From the NCBI RefSeq assembly GCF_963506605.1, contig NC_083289.1, positions 44,888,001 to 44,952,000 on the forward strand: a stretch of DNA of 64,000 nt, written 5' to 3'. Made by a program: the position numbers and the translations under genes. The notes under the pieces are model-generated. The model was given only the letters and a program-made list of their open reading frames with translations, did not search any database and was not told the DNA's origin. The stretch is from Zootoca vivipara (taxonomy: Eukaryota). Below are positions 1 to 11,206 of this stretch, in pieces; positions within the stretch are counted from its first letter, which is position 1, and every line of letters starts with the position of its first letter.

Positions 1-597
1 TTACACTGGTTCTGTGCTCCTTTGGAAAATTGAGACACCATGGAGACCGCCATAACTTTAAGAAATAGGATTTAGTCACATATCTACACCTGAGTGCATA
101 TCTTACAGCATGGTCATTTCAAGAGGGGCTCGTCCCCCACCCTGGAGTCCAAGGCATATCTTCCCAGCCAGCCAGCCTACAGCCAACCTGCCCAAGATGG
201 ATCCCAGCCATTTTTCTTCCCAGCACACCTTGCTCTAAGGACTCTCTTTTCCTGTCACTTTAAACCCACACCCCATCACTATGGCAACATCTGTCTGCCC
301 AGGCCAAAGATTCCTCTTAGATGGGCTATCAACCCCTTTTGTCATGTTAACACCTCTATCCCAGGTGAGGCACTGACTTGGAAAGGAAGCGTAACCTGTA
401 CTTTTCCACTGGCCTCCAATCTTCCCTTCAGTACTCCAAATAATCCAAATCCTACCATTTATTAATTTCTAGGGTTTAGGGCTCCCAAAATCATTCATTC
501 ATTTTTCTTCCTTCCAGCCTTCGTTTCTTCATTGTAGCACAGGAAGTCAACCTTGCTTTAAGCTGTTCAGTTGTATGAAGGTGTTTGTTTTAATGTA

Positions 598-760
598 CAG
601 TGGTACCTCTACTTACGAATAACTCTACTTACGAATGTTTCTACTTACGAATGGAGCTCCGTCCGCCATCTTGGATGTTGTTTAGATAGGATTTTTTCTA
701 CTTACGAATTTTTTCTCCCAATGCATTCCTATGGGATTCGACTTACACATTTTTTCAACT
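598..760. mobile_element. Truncated Tc1/mariner-type MITE
   Basis: TA followed by CAGTGGTACCTCTACTTACGAAT, the same terminus as the complete copy at 35816-36012; repeated CTACTTACGAAT subterminal motifs; right end missing. Confidence 0.7.
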
Positions 761-799
761 GCTACCAAGCCACTGCCAAAAAGGCTGTCCGGGATTAGG

Positions 800-945
800 G
801 TGACGGCATAGCTGGCTCAGGTTGATGAGGGACCCTTGAGGCTCTTGATCTCAGGGTCGTGGGTTCAGGCCCCACATTGGGCAAAGGATTCCTGCATTGC
901 TGGGGGTTGAACTAGATGACCCTCATGGTCCCTTCCAACTCTAAA
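800..945 (+). mobile_element. tRNA-Lys-derived SINE with CR1-type 3' tail
   Basis: CTCTTGATCTCAGGGTCGTGGGTTCAGGCCCCACATTGGGC resembles the 3' half of tRNA-Lys(CTT); it is followed by ATTCCTGCATTGC..GGGGGTTG.ACTAGATGAC..CCTTCCAACT, also present in the CR1 3' fragment near 17670-17740. Confidence 0.65.
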
Positions 946-2169
946 AGTTGCTTCTCAATTGGGATTCAAGGCAGGATACAACTTTTTTAAACGACATCGT
1001 AATAAACTACAAAATAAGCACTTTTCCATTACTCTCCCGTACAAAATTCCCTCTTTCTCTCCAGCCAGCTCATAATGAAGCACTCCAGCCACTGCTGTTC
1101 ATACTTTACGAGAGGGACCTTTTCCACCAGTAACAGTGGCATCTGGGACACAGCCTTGGTGTGTGAGAGAGCGGTCCTTCTGGGTGGGCTTCAGTCCCTG
1201 CCAAACCGGTTGCAATAAAAGTTAAGAAGCGATCATTGTTTTGTAGCATGCGTGGGCCTGAATGTGGAGTCGCAGAGGCCAAGTAGCTGGAATCCAGCTT
1301 TCTCTTTGAGAGATACACTACTCACGGGCCAAACCCAAATGTAGCCATAGCTATGAAGGACAGTACAAACAGCATAAACAGCCTTGCTGTCCTGGAAGTC
1401 AGGGTCCAATTGAAAGGGCTGGACACACCCATTGTTTTTCCTCTGCTCTCTCCTTCCCACTTTGTGAGAGACAGACACACAATGGGGTTCGTCAATTAAG
1501 TTTGTTTGGTCTATACCGTAGAGTTATCAAGACAAAGACAGCAGGGAGGGGGAAAGCCACAATATTTATGCACACAAATTGTGACTTTTTTTTTAAAAAA
1601 AAAGAGTACCACAAAATCCAGAAATGGTCAGAAATAGTTAAAAATGAAGACTTATTGGAGCTGCAGTCCAGGATATCTGGAGAGCACCTGGTTAAAGGTA
1701 ACTGACTTACCAGTAGATATTCCACAAGTTTTTTATTTAAATGTTTTGATAGCACATCTTGAGGATTCAGGGGGTGGAAAGAAATATACAAGTTTCTCGG
1801 GCCTCAAAAATACTTTTCTTCCCCCATCACTTGAAGTCCAAATTACATGAAGGAAATGGACTTTTAATTATTCATTCTCTTGGCAGGATCTATTAAGAAA
1901 TAATAAGATCAAATGGAAACTCCAAAGCCTTTAAAAATATCTCCCTATAATTGATGAAGGCTTTGAGAGGAGAAGTGGGGGAAACGCAGTTCTGAAATTC
2001 AATTACAGATCACAAATTAATGAGCAGAAAGATGTCCGTTATTCAGCCATGTCAATTAATAAAGTGGGGGCATGGACACTCAACTGCTGTGCGCTTGGCT
2101 TTCGATTTAGGAAGGTTCAGTTCAGGGCTGTTGTCAGGACTCCAAGGTATAGATTGCGTATACCCCACA

Positions 2170-2419
2170 TAGTTGTACCTCGGAAGCCGAACGGAATCCA
2201 TCCCAGCAGTCTGTTCGACTTCCAAAATGTTCAGAAACCAAGGCATGGCTTCTGATTCGCTGCAGGAAGCTCCTACAGCCAATTGGAAGCCGTGGAAGCC
2301 ACGTCGGACATTCGGGTTCCAAAGAACGTTCACAAACTGGAACACTCACTTCCGGGTTTGCGGCATTTGGGAGCCAAAACATTCAGCTCGCAAGACGTTT
2401 GGGATCCAAGGTACGTCTG
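2170..2419. mobile_element. Tc1/mariner-type MITE
   Basis: Ends ...CCAAGGTACGTCTG followed by TA; internal sequence matches the second copy at 25464-25711. Confidence 0.7.
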
Positions 2420-2515
2420 TACATTTAAAGGACATGACATCTCCTAAAGAATCCTGGGAATTGCACTGACAAGAGGCATCATGCCTCTGAATACCGGTGG
2501 CTGGGATACCCAGGT

Positions 2516-2877
2516 CATAGCTGCCAAGTACCCCGTATTCCCCGGGAAACCCCCATTTTTCCTTACCATTTCCCAGCGGTCTCCCGTTTGAGCTCCTCTC
2601 CCATAAATCTCCCTTAAATCTGCTCCTGCTGGCAGCCATTTTTCTGGTGCCGGTTTGCCCATCTATGGGCACCAGAAAATGGCCGCCGCTGGCGCCAGAA
2701 ATAGCTTCTACACATGCCCAGCGGCCATCTTAGGAGTGGCCACATGGCGACGGCCATCCTGGAGGTGGCCGCATGGCCACCCCTAAGATGGCTGCCAGAC
2801 AACTTCCGGTGCAACTTCCGGTGCTTCTGCTGCTTCTGCTAATCCCGTATTTTTCTGTGGGAGATTTGGTAGGTATG
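2516..2877. mobile_element. hAT-like non-autonomous DNA transposon
   Basis: Termini CATAGCTGCCAA...TTGGTAGGTATG; 8-bp TSD ACCCAGGT at 2508-2515 and 2878-2885. Confidence 0.75.
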
Positions 2878-3825
2878 ACCCAGGTGGGCAGAGGAGCTGT
2901 TGAGCTCATGTCCAGCTTGCATGTTTCTCTGTAGGCAACTGTGAGAACAGGATGCTGAGCTAGATGGGCCATGGGCCTGATCCAGCAGGCTCCTCTTACA
3001 TTCTTACGTTAACACTAATTCACACTTCCTAAAACGCTCATGGACTGGTTGGACACAAAGGAACAGGGAGAGGAAACAGCTGGGGAACCTTCAAGGGAAG
3101 AAGGCTCAGAGCCCAGGGAGTGATGGTGGGAGAACGATGAGTGGTCAGAGGGAGAAGACTGGGAGGAGGAGGTGTCAGAAGCTGAAGAGGTAACAGGGCT
3201 TAGTGGGCAGGAAGAGTCTGTGGCAGAGAGCAGTCCAGAATCAGAGGCAGAAGTTGAAGCAGGAGAATGAGATGAGGGAGGCCAAGAGGCCAAGATGAAT
3301 CTGGCAGGGGAGGCGGCATCAGTCTCCCACCCCTCCTGCTGCAACAAGTTTCCCTTCCATCCGGTTTCCCTGGGCAAGAAGAGGCATGGAAAGAGCAGAG
3401 GAGAGATTGGCGACGTCATAATATGTGCTCTATCCTCTCTTGCCTGTGAAACCTTCCGTGAATGTTTCCTGCCTTTGTGCTTCTGACAGTTATCTCACAC
3501 ATTGAGACGAGCCCCCTGGCCACTTTGCCATCAAATGCTCATTTTAGATCCCTCCTGGCCTCTGGCGGGTTTCGGAAGGCTTTGCTGAGACCAGCAACGC
3601 CTGGAGGCAGAAGCGGAAGAAAGGGTGCCTTTAGAGTCAAGAGTCTGCTTCGATTTCCGAAGGCATGTCACATCCTCTGGAAGGTTTCAGCCTGTCACAG
3701 CTAAGAGGAACTCTGACAAAACTTCTCTTTTCCTGGCAGTGGAAGACAATGAATATATCCTGTCTTTGCAGGGTGGCTGTGTGTCCTACTTTACAGAAGA
3801 CAGACTTGTATTTGAAGGTGTACCC

Positions 3826-3961
3826 CAGGCATCCCCAAACTGCGGCCCTCCAGATGTTTTGGCCTACAACTCCCATGATCCCTAGCTAGCAGGACCAGTG
3901 GTTGGGGAAGATGGGAATTGTAGTCCAAAACATCTGGAGGGCCGCATGCTTGACATGCCTG
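3826..3961. mobile_element. hAT MITE (CAGGCATCCCCAAAC family)
   Basis: Imperfect palindrome CAGGCAT...ATGCCTG; 8-bp TSD GTGTACCC at 3818-3825 and 3962-3969. Confidence 0.85.
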
Positions 3962-5830
3962 GTGTACCCTATTAGAAGAGCTCCTTGTTACAGGTACAAG
4001 GTAAAAATAAAGGACCTTAACCTGGGTGTGCAGCAGAGGCCTTGACGTCACCCATCAACACCTGGAAAGTAGGCTGAGCAGGCAAACAGCTCACCTGGTC
4101 ACATTCCTTCCTACCGTGGCTGCCATAGGTCCCGTGGCACCAACAGGGGCTGGCAGGTAGATCTGTCAGAGGAGGAGGATCCAGGAGTTGCTGTTGTTAC
4201 TTTCAGTTGGCAAACAATACATAGTTATTACTACCCCTGCCTTTGCATTGTGTTTCCTTTGTTCTGCAATGAACGGGGTGGAATAACGTAATGACAATGT
4301 CATTCACGTAATGAATTGCGTAAGTTCAGCACTGTGGACAGCGGGGGAAATGATGTTGTTTTCAGTGGAAGGTGAACTGCAGCAGAAGAGAAACGCTGCT
4401 GAGTGTGACACATGCAGGGATAAACTGCACCTTCTTGTATCTCTGTCTCACGCGTTGCAATGTATTTCCGCAACACTTTCAAAACCACAAGAAGTTCATT
4501 TTTAAAAAATGGAATTGTTGCAATGGGGTGACAGACCCCTTTTGTCTACTTTAAATGCATGCACCTAATGTATGCGCTTGAATCCGTCCTGCAAAATAGT
4601 CTGGAGGCACCCACAGCTGCATTCTACAAGGAAAGATGCATTTGCCTCTGGTTGCTAATGGAGATCCACACAATATAAATTGCTTGTGTAACCTTCTCTG
4701 TGGGTAAAGTATTGTCCAGAGTGCCTGCCAAGCTGTGCCAGCCATATCCTTTGTTGGGGAAATTGCAGGCCAACGGTTTTAGATGGGGAACTGTTGTGTC
4801 CACATTAGGACCCAATGGTCAGGAGATATGCAGAATTTAGCAATGCACTACAAACAACGCAATTCAAAAGTTAAATTGATGTGTGTGTGTGTGGCATTGG
4901 AAAAGACAGAAAACATTTATCCCGTGGAAAAAGGCACAATTTATTTATTGTGTTATTATTTCGTTATATTTGCATGATGTTTGATTGTAAAAAGCAAAAC
5001 AAACCAACCTTCAAAGCGGTTTAGAAAAAGAACAACACAATAACACTGTCAGTAAAAGGAGTTAAACAGAGCTATTTAAAACATTCAAAGAATAATTAAA
5101 ATCAAAAGCAAGTTAAAAACAGGCTAAAACATATGTCATCATTCTACATATCTGGGGAGGCTGGCCTAAACAAACATGTTTTTAGCAGATGTCAAAAAAA
5201 AATTCTTTTGACAAGTGCCAGATTCTCCTTCCTCACTCATCCCACTTAGTGGAGGCAGCTGAGACGGTGATATTTGCAAACCTGATTACATTTCAGAGTA
5301 GGGGAACTTGACTCTGTCATGTCCCTGGCAGCTGGCAGATCATGCCATGCCCTCGATGTTCCTCAAGCCGAAAAGCCAGGCTGGTAGCAAAAGGAGTCTC
5401 TTTGTCAGAAAGGGTCTTTCTTGTGCAAGCGGGGGTGGGCAGGTGAAGATGGAGAGCAAATACGACCTTTTTTTCCATCACGAGGGCCAGGTCAGTCCCA
5501 GCTGGTATCAGCTGGCAGGGCTCCCTAAATGAAAAAGCGTAAACAACATGTGCGAGGTGGCAAACAGCTGCAACATTCCGGTGATGCTTTCTGGGTTTCC
5601 TGATGGAACAACAGCAAGTGCGGTTTGGGTTCTTGGAAGGAGAAAGACACCTCCCCACACATACTTTTGTATTTCTTTTTTTAAAATCATTTTTTTCTTT
5701 TTTTCCTGTTAAATCTTTTTTTATTAAGTTTTAATAACTGCCAGTTTACATTCAAACATTAAACATCAACATCAGCATTTAGGATTTCCCGAATCCTTCA
5801 ACTCCCCTCTACCCTTCCATGGTTACCACT

Positions 5831-6128
5831 GTTGTTGTTGCTGTTGTTTAGTCGTTTAGTCGTGTCCGACTCTTCGTGACCCCATGGACCATAGCATGCC
5901 AGGCACTCCTGTCTTCCACTGCCTCCCGCAGTTTGGTCAAACTCATGTTCGTAGCTTCGAGAACACTGTCCAACCATCTCGTCCTCTGTCGTCCCCTTCT
6001 CCTAGTGCCCTCAATCTTTCCCAACATCATGGTCTTTTCCAGGGAGTCTTCTCTTCTCATGAGGTGGCCAAAGTATTGGAGCCTCAGCTTCACGATCTGT
6101 CCTTCCAGTGAGCACTTAAGAATGGATA
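5831..6128 (-). mobile_element. RTE-BovB LINE 3' end
   Basis: Minus-strand ORF C-terminus KLRLQYFGHLMRREDSLEKTMMLGKIEGTRRRGRQRTRWLD is typical of BovB; (CAA)n-like tail at the left end; matches the copy at 21785-22159. Confidence 0.9.
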
Positions 6129-6407
6129 ATAGGAACCTGGAATGTAAGAACCATGGATAATGGTAAGCTGGATGTGGTCAAAAATGAGATGGCAAGAATA
6201 AATATTGACATCCTGGGCATCAGTGAACTAAAATGGAAGGGAATGGGCGAATTCAGTTCGGATGACTATCATATCTACTACTGTGGGCAAGAATCCCGTA
6301 GAAGAAATGGAGTGGCTCTCATAGTCAAGAAAAGAGTGGCAAAAGCTGTAATGGGATGCAATCTCAAAAATGACAGAATGATCTCGATACGAATCCAAGG
6401 CAGACCT
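6128..6407 (+). mobile_element. RTE-BovB N-terminal AP-endonuclease fragment, inverted relative to the adjacent 3' end
   Basis: Translates as IGTWNVRTMDNGKLDVVKNEMARINIDILGISELKWKGMGEF...RRNGVALIV...NDRMISIRIQGRP, the start of the BovB ORF. Confidence 0.88.
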
Positions 6408-6525
6408 CGGACCCTAGTCGGCACAAAGAGTCCTTGAAAAAGAGTACTTTGCAGAATGCTGCTTTTATTACAAAAACAAAAACTTCTCCAACCATGACCA
6501 ACAGCTTTACACATCAAACGCAACC

Positions 6526-9500
6526 GAAATAAAAGGTTGGGTAAAGAATTTATAAATTCGGCGGAAAACAAGAAGAGAGGAGTGGTCTTGTATATAAAGG
6601 ATAAATTAGATCCGAAATTGATTTTGAAAGATGAGGAAGGAAGAGTGATTGCGGTCCAAATATCGATCCAAGGAGAAAAAATGCTGATGGTGGGAATATA
6701 TGCACCGAATGAGAACAAAGCAGAATTTTACAAGAATTTGGAGGAAAGATTGACAGAGTTTATGGATCAAAAGATAGTACTCATGGGGGATTTTAATGGA
6801 GTGACAGTGCCAGAACTGGATAGGACGAAGAAAAGGAAGAATGAAGGTAAGCTACCAAAATCCTTTTTTGAATTGGTAGAAAACCTGGGCCTAGTGGACA
6901 TCTGGAGGTTGAAGCACCCCACGATTAAACAGTTTACGTTCTTCTCAGAACCAAACCAAAGTTCTGGAAGGATAGACCATATATGGATCTCCAAAGAACT
7001 AGTGCCCAGGGTAAATAAAGCAGAGATAATACCAAGAACACTGTCAGACCACAATTCAATATTCATGGAACTGAAAGGCAAAGACCAAAATTCTTTTAGG
7101 TGGAGAATGAATGAAGATCTTTTTGAAGATAATGAGGTGGTGATGAAAGCCAAGAATGTCTTGAAAGATTATTTTTATTGGAATTTACATAAAGACACTG
7201 GACTTGATATGGTATGGGATGCAAGTAAAGCTGTGATGACAGGCTTTCCAATACAGCAAAACAGTTTCCTGAAACGAAAGAAAGAAAAGAAGAGGGAAGA
7301 AATTTTGAAATGTCTCATGGAAAATGAGAAAAATCTGATTGACAAACCAGAGAATCAACAAATTAAAAATAATATAAAGATGTTACAGACACAATTCTCT
7401 ATGTTGATCAACCAGGAGATTGAGTGGAAAATAAAACAAATGAGACAAAAAAATTTCGAATCGGCCAATAAAACAGGAAAACTGTTGGCCTGGCAATTAA
7501 GGAAACGCCAAAATCAAAGTGTAATAACTAAGATAAAAATGGAAGGAGGAGTGACAGAAGAATCAAAGGAAATTAAGAAAGCCTTTCAAAAATTCTATAA
7601 AGACTTGTATTGCAAAAAGAAAGAAGAGGAGAAGAAGATCAGTGACTATTTAGGAAAATATGGTCTGAAACCAATTCCTGAAGAGGAAAGTAAGAAACGT
7701 AATAACAGGATAACGACACAAGAAGTACAACAAGCAATAAAGAGAATGAAACAAGGAAAAGCCCCAGGACCAGATGGACTTTCAGCGAAATATTATAAAG
7801 TTCTAAATGGACAGTTGGTACCAATTTTAGAAGAAGTGATGAATGACATTCTTGCAGGAGGAAAGATCCCAAATACATGGAAGGAGGCGTATATAACATT
7901 GATTCCAAAGCCTGGCACAGATGGCTTAGAAGTAAGAAATTATAGACCAATATCACTATTGAACAATGATTATAAATTATTTGCGGATATAATGTCTAAG
8001 AGGCTGAAAGAAGTCTTGAATGAAATGATACATAGAGACCAAGCTGTTTTTCTTCCTGGTAGACAGTTAAAGGACAATGTTAGACATATAATAGATGTAA
8101 TAGAATATCTGGAAACCAAGATAGATAAACCAGCAGTTTTAATGTTTGTGGATGCAGAGAAAGCCTTTGATAATATATCTTGGCAGTTTATGAAAAGAAA
8201 TTTGGAATCGATGATTGGAAAAGACTTCTTTTTGAATGGGATCGAGGCAATATATTCAGAACAAAAAGCAAGATTGATAATCAATAATACTTTAACAGAA
8301 TATTTTGATATCACAAAGGGAACCAGACAGGGATGTCCTTTATCTCCTTTATTATTTATTATGGTTCTGGAAGTACTATTGAATAGACTAAGAGATCTTT
8401 CCTCAATTAGAGGAATTAAAGTCGGTGCAAAACAATTCAAAGTGAAAGCCTTTGCAGATGATCTAGTTTTAACATTGGAAAACCCTAAGGAAAGTGTTGC
8501 AGAAGCTATAGAAGAAATTGAGAAATTTGGCCAACTTGCAGGATTTAAATTAAATAGACAGAAAACAAAGGTCATGGCAATGAATATGACGAAAGAGGAA
8601 AAGCAGGAGCTACAGCTAAAATATGGTCTCGACGTGGCAAAAAAAGTACAGTATTTGGGAATATGGATGACAGCAAAGAATATTAATCTATATAGCGACA
8701 ATTATGAACCAGTATGGAGAGAAATAAAGAAAGATTTGGAAAGATGGACTAACATGAAAATGTCATTCCTGGGAAGAATAGCAGCAATAAAGATGAATGT
8801 ATTACCTAAGATGTTATCCCTATTTCAAACTATACCTGTTGTGAAGGGTACAAGACAATTTCAAGAATGGCAGAAGATTTTGTCAAGATTTGTCTGGCAA
8901 GGGAAAAAGCCCAGAATAAAGCATAAAATTTTGGTAGATAGAAAAGCAAGAGGCGGATTCTCTCTACCAGACCTCAGACCTTATTATGAAGCGTCTTGTA
9001 TATGTTGGATAAAAGAGTGGATAACTCTAAAAAATATGGACCTGCTAGATTTGGAAGGTTTCAATAATAGATTTGGATGGCATGCATATTTATGGTACGA
9101 TAAAAAAAAGTCTCATACAGGGTTCACAAACCATGTGATAAGGAGATCTCTGTACGAGGTGTGGGAAAGAAATAAAATGCTGTTGGAGTCTAAAACACCA
9201 TGGTGGGTATCACCAGCAGAGGTATTAACAGTTAAGAAAGTAAATATGGAGGGGAGGCGGGCCACGTACAAGGAAATTTTGACAAAAACTGAAAAAGGCT
9301 GGAGACTGAAACCTTATGAAGAAATTAAAGGGATACTAACAGGATGGATACAATACCATCAAATAAATGATGTTCTTAGAGAAGATAGGAAAATAGGATT
9401 TGAGGATAAAAGGTCCAAATTTCAAACAGAAGTGCTAGAAGGCAAAACAAAGCTTCTGTCAAAAATGTATGACCTGTTGTTAGAGTGGTATACAAAAGAT

Positions 9501-10327
9501 GAGCTGACAAAAGAGGTGATGATTAAATGGGCAAATGACTTTGGGCATAATATTGAATATGACGCGTGGTTGAAATTATGGAATCAAACTTTAAGATTTA
9601 CAGCATGTACTGCCTTGAAAGAAAATATATATAAGATGATTTATAGATGGTATTTAACGCCAGTTAAACTAGCTAAAATGTATAGAATGAGTGATAAAGC
9701 ATGCTGGAAATGTAAAGAGAGAGACGGTGAATTTTATCATATGTGGTGGACATGCGATAAGGTAAAAAGATTTTGGGAGATGTTATATAATGAACTGAAA
9801 AAGATGTTTAAATATACTTTTCCAAAAAAACCGGAAGCATTTTTGTTAGGAATAATAGGAGGAGAGATTAGAAAAGAGGATCAAGTACTGTTTATGTATG
9901 CGACAACCGCGGCTAGGACATTGTTAGCCCAAAAATGGAAATTACAGGAATTACCAACAATTGATGAGTGGCAGACGAAAATGATGGACTATGCTGAACT
10001 TGCTAGATTGACTTGTAAGATCCGTGACCAAGGTGAGACGAAGTTTCAAAAGGACTGGAGTAAATATGTGGACTATATGGAGAAAAACTGTAGATCTTTA
10101 AAAACACTTGCAGGACTGAAATAAATCCTACGAATTGACTAAAAGGGTAAAAAGGAACTGCAAAAAATGGAGTTAACAAGAAACCCGCATGAAGGGGAGG
10201 GGGGGAAGTCCTAGCTCGGCAGAGCAAGATGTAAGAGGGAAATATAAGATGTTTTGTATAAAAGATTGTTCTTTTTTTATTTTAATTTGATAAATTGGAA
10301 AATTGAATAAATTTATTTGAAAACAAA
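6526..10327 (+). mobile_element. L1-clade LINE, 5'-truncated, young insertion
   Basis: Contains the open ORF2 below, a short 3' UTR and AATAAA near 10306; 11-bp TSD CAAACGCAACC at 6515-6525 and 10328-10338. Confidence 0.92.
6537..10124 (+). CDS. L1 ORF2 (AP endonuclease + reverse transcriptase + C-terminal CCHC), N-terminally truncated
   Basis: 1195 uninterrupted codons with IYAPN, GDFN, RIDHIW and SDHN (endonuclease); KAPGPDG, YRPISLLN, DAEKAFD, GTRQGCPLSP, FADD and YLGI (RT); CWKC..HMWWTC. The called start is a TTG next to the truncation point, not a native ATG. Confidence 0.9.
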   Translation: MGKEFINSAENKKRGVVLYIKDKLDPKLILKDEEGRVIAVQISIQGEKMLMVGIYAPNENKAEFYKNLEERLTEFMDQKIVLMGDFNGVTVPELDRTKKRKNEGKLPKSFFELVENLGLVDIWRLKHPTIKQFTFFSEPNQSSGRIDHIWISKELVPRVNKAEIIPRTLSDHNSIFMELKGKDQNSFRWRMNEDLFEDNEVVMKAKNVLKDYFYWNLHKDTGLDMVWDASKAVMTGFPIQQNSFLKRKKEKKREEILKCLMENEKNLIDKPENQQIKNNIKMLQTQFSMLINQEIEWKIKQMRQKNFESANKTGKLLAWQLRKRQNQSVITKIKMEGGVTEESKEIKKAFQKFYKDLYCKKKEEEKKISDYLGKYGLKPIPEEESKKRNNRITTQEVQQAIKRMKQGKAPGPDGLSAKYYKVLNGQLVPILEEVMNDILAGGKIPNTWKEAYITLIPKPGTDGLEVRNYRPISLLNNDYKLFADIMSKRLKEVLNEMIHRDQAVFLPGRQLKDNVRHIIDVIEYLETKIDKPAVLMFVDAEKAFDNISWQFMKRNLESMIGKDFFLNGIEAIYSEQKARLIINNTLTEYFDITKGTRQGCPLSPLLFIMVLEVLLNRLRDLSSIRGIKVGAKQFKVKAFADDLVLTLENPKESVAEAIEEIEKFGQLAGFKLNRQKTKVMAMNMTKEEKQELQLKYGLDVAKKVQYLGIWMTAKNINLYSDNYEPVWREIKKDLERWTNMKMSFLGRIAAIKMNVLPKMLSLFQTIPVVKGTRQFQEWQKILSRFVWQGKKPRIKHKILVDRKARGGFSLPDLRPYYEASCICWIKEWITLKNMDLLDLEGFNNRFGWHAYLWYDKKKSHTGFTNHVIRRSLYEVWERNKMLLESKTPWWVSPAEVLTVKKVNMEGRRATYKEILTKTEKGWRLKPYEEIKGILTGWIQYHQINDVLREDRKIGFEDKRSKFQTEVLEGKTKLLSKMYDLLLEWYTKDELTKEVMIKWANDFGHNIEYDAWLKLWNQTLRFTACTALKENIYKMIYRWYLTPVKLAKMYRMSDKACWKCKERDGEFYHMWWTCDKVKRFWEMLYNELKKMFKYTFPKKPEAFLLGIIGGEIRKEDQVLFMYATTAARTLLAQKWKLQELPTIDEWQTKMMDYAELARLTCKIRDQGETKFQKDWSKYVDYMEKNCRSLKTLAGLK

Positions 10328-10436
10328 CAAACGCAACCAGCTTTCTACCATCCAACCAACCAACCCAACCACCACAAACACCCAAACAAATCATCCTCTA
10401 TATACACAAGCATATTTGGGTGAAAATTTGCATGAG

Positions 10437-10526
10437 CATAGCTGCCAAGTTTTCCCTTTTCTCGCAAGGAAGCCTATTCAGCATAAGGGAAAATCCCTGT
10501 AAAAAAGGGATAACTTGGCAGCTATG
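10437..10526. mobile_element. 90-bp MITE (CATAGCTGCCAAGTT termini)
   Basis: 15-bp TIR; flanking direct repeat CATGAG; second copy at 24090-24180. Confidence 0.75.
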
Positions 10527-10647
10527 CATGAGTCATGCAGGCTTTGCCAATTCATTGTAGGCCGCTGACTCATGCTGACTCAGTTTGAAGTAAAGAAACG
10601 CCAGCTAATTTTTAAGCCGTGACAGTAACAGCTTTGTCCCTGTAGGA

Positions 10648-10783
10648 CAGGCATCCCCAAACTGTGGCCCTCCAGATGTTGTGGCCTACAACTCTCATGA
10701 TCCCTAGCTAACAGGACCAGTGGTCAAGGAAGATGGGAATTGTAGTCCAAAACATCTGGAGGGGCGAAGTTTGGGGGTGCCTG
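10648..10783. mobile_element. hAT MITE nested at the 5' edge of the Penelope fragment
   Basis: Same family as 3826-3961; 8-bp TSD CTGTAGGA at 10640-10647 and 10784-10791. Confidence 0.85.
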
Positions 10784-11166
10784 CTGTAGGAGAACAGGAC
10801 ATTCTCCCAGGACATTCTTTACAGGATCTCAAAGTAGCTGTTTTATTACAAAAAAAATTCAGAAACAGACTGGAAAGAGAAGTTGCTGAATTGCAACTCA
10901 TTACCAAGCTTAAAACCATGGAGAGACCTGGTCTGAATAAGGACACTGGATTCTTATCTCATTATACATGATAAAGCTTTCTTTAGCACCTCACCCATTG
11001 CTTTTTCCTGCAAGACCAATTGCAGTCGTTAACAGTCGTCAACAGGATCACCACTCCTATCAGCCAATCACCCATTCCCACCACCCTTCTGATTAATACC
11101 CCTCCCACCCCACCCTCTGACTATACATAAAGGTCTGGTGCCTTCCGTTTCAGTGTATCCGTTTCA

Positions 11167-11206
11167 GTATATCTGAAGAAGTGTGCATGCACACGAAAGC
11201 TCATAC
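11167..11206 (+). ncRNA. Minimal type I hammerhead ribozyme motif in the Penelope pseudo-LTR
   Basis: CTGAAGA core 11173-11179; palindromic stem II GTGTGCATGCACAC 11181-11194; GAAA 11195-11198; GC-TC; stem I TAT/ATA. Predicted cleavage after C11202. Confidence 0.75.

Noticed and set aside
835-885. tRNA-Lys gene
   Set aside because: The 5' half is disrupted, the anticodon loop is altered and it is fused to a CR1-type tail; it is a SINE head.
3015-3500. Purine-rich segment with acidic and Ser-rich reading frames
   Set aside because: Low complexity with stops on the plus strand; probably a repeat, but I could not define ends or a family.
6128-10124. Chimeric BovB-endonuclease/L1-RT protein
   Set aside because: The BovB frame stops at 6437, ~120 nt of unrelated sequence intervenes, and the L1 has its own TSD, so the adjacency looks coincidental.
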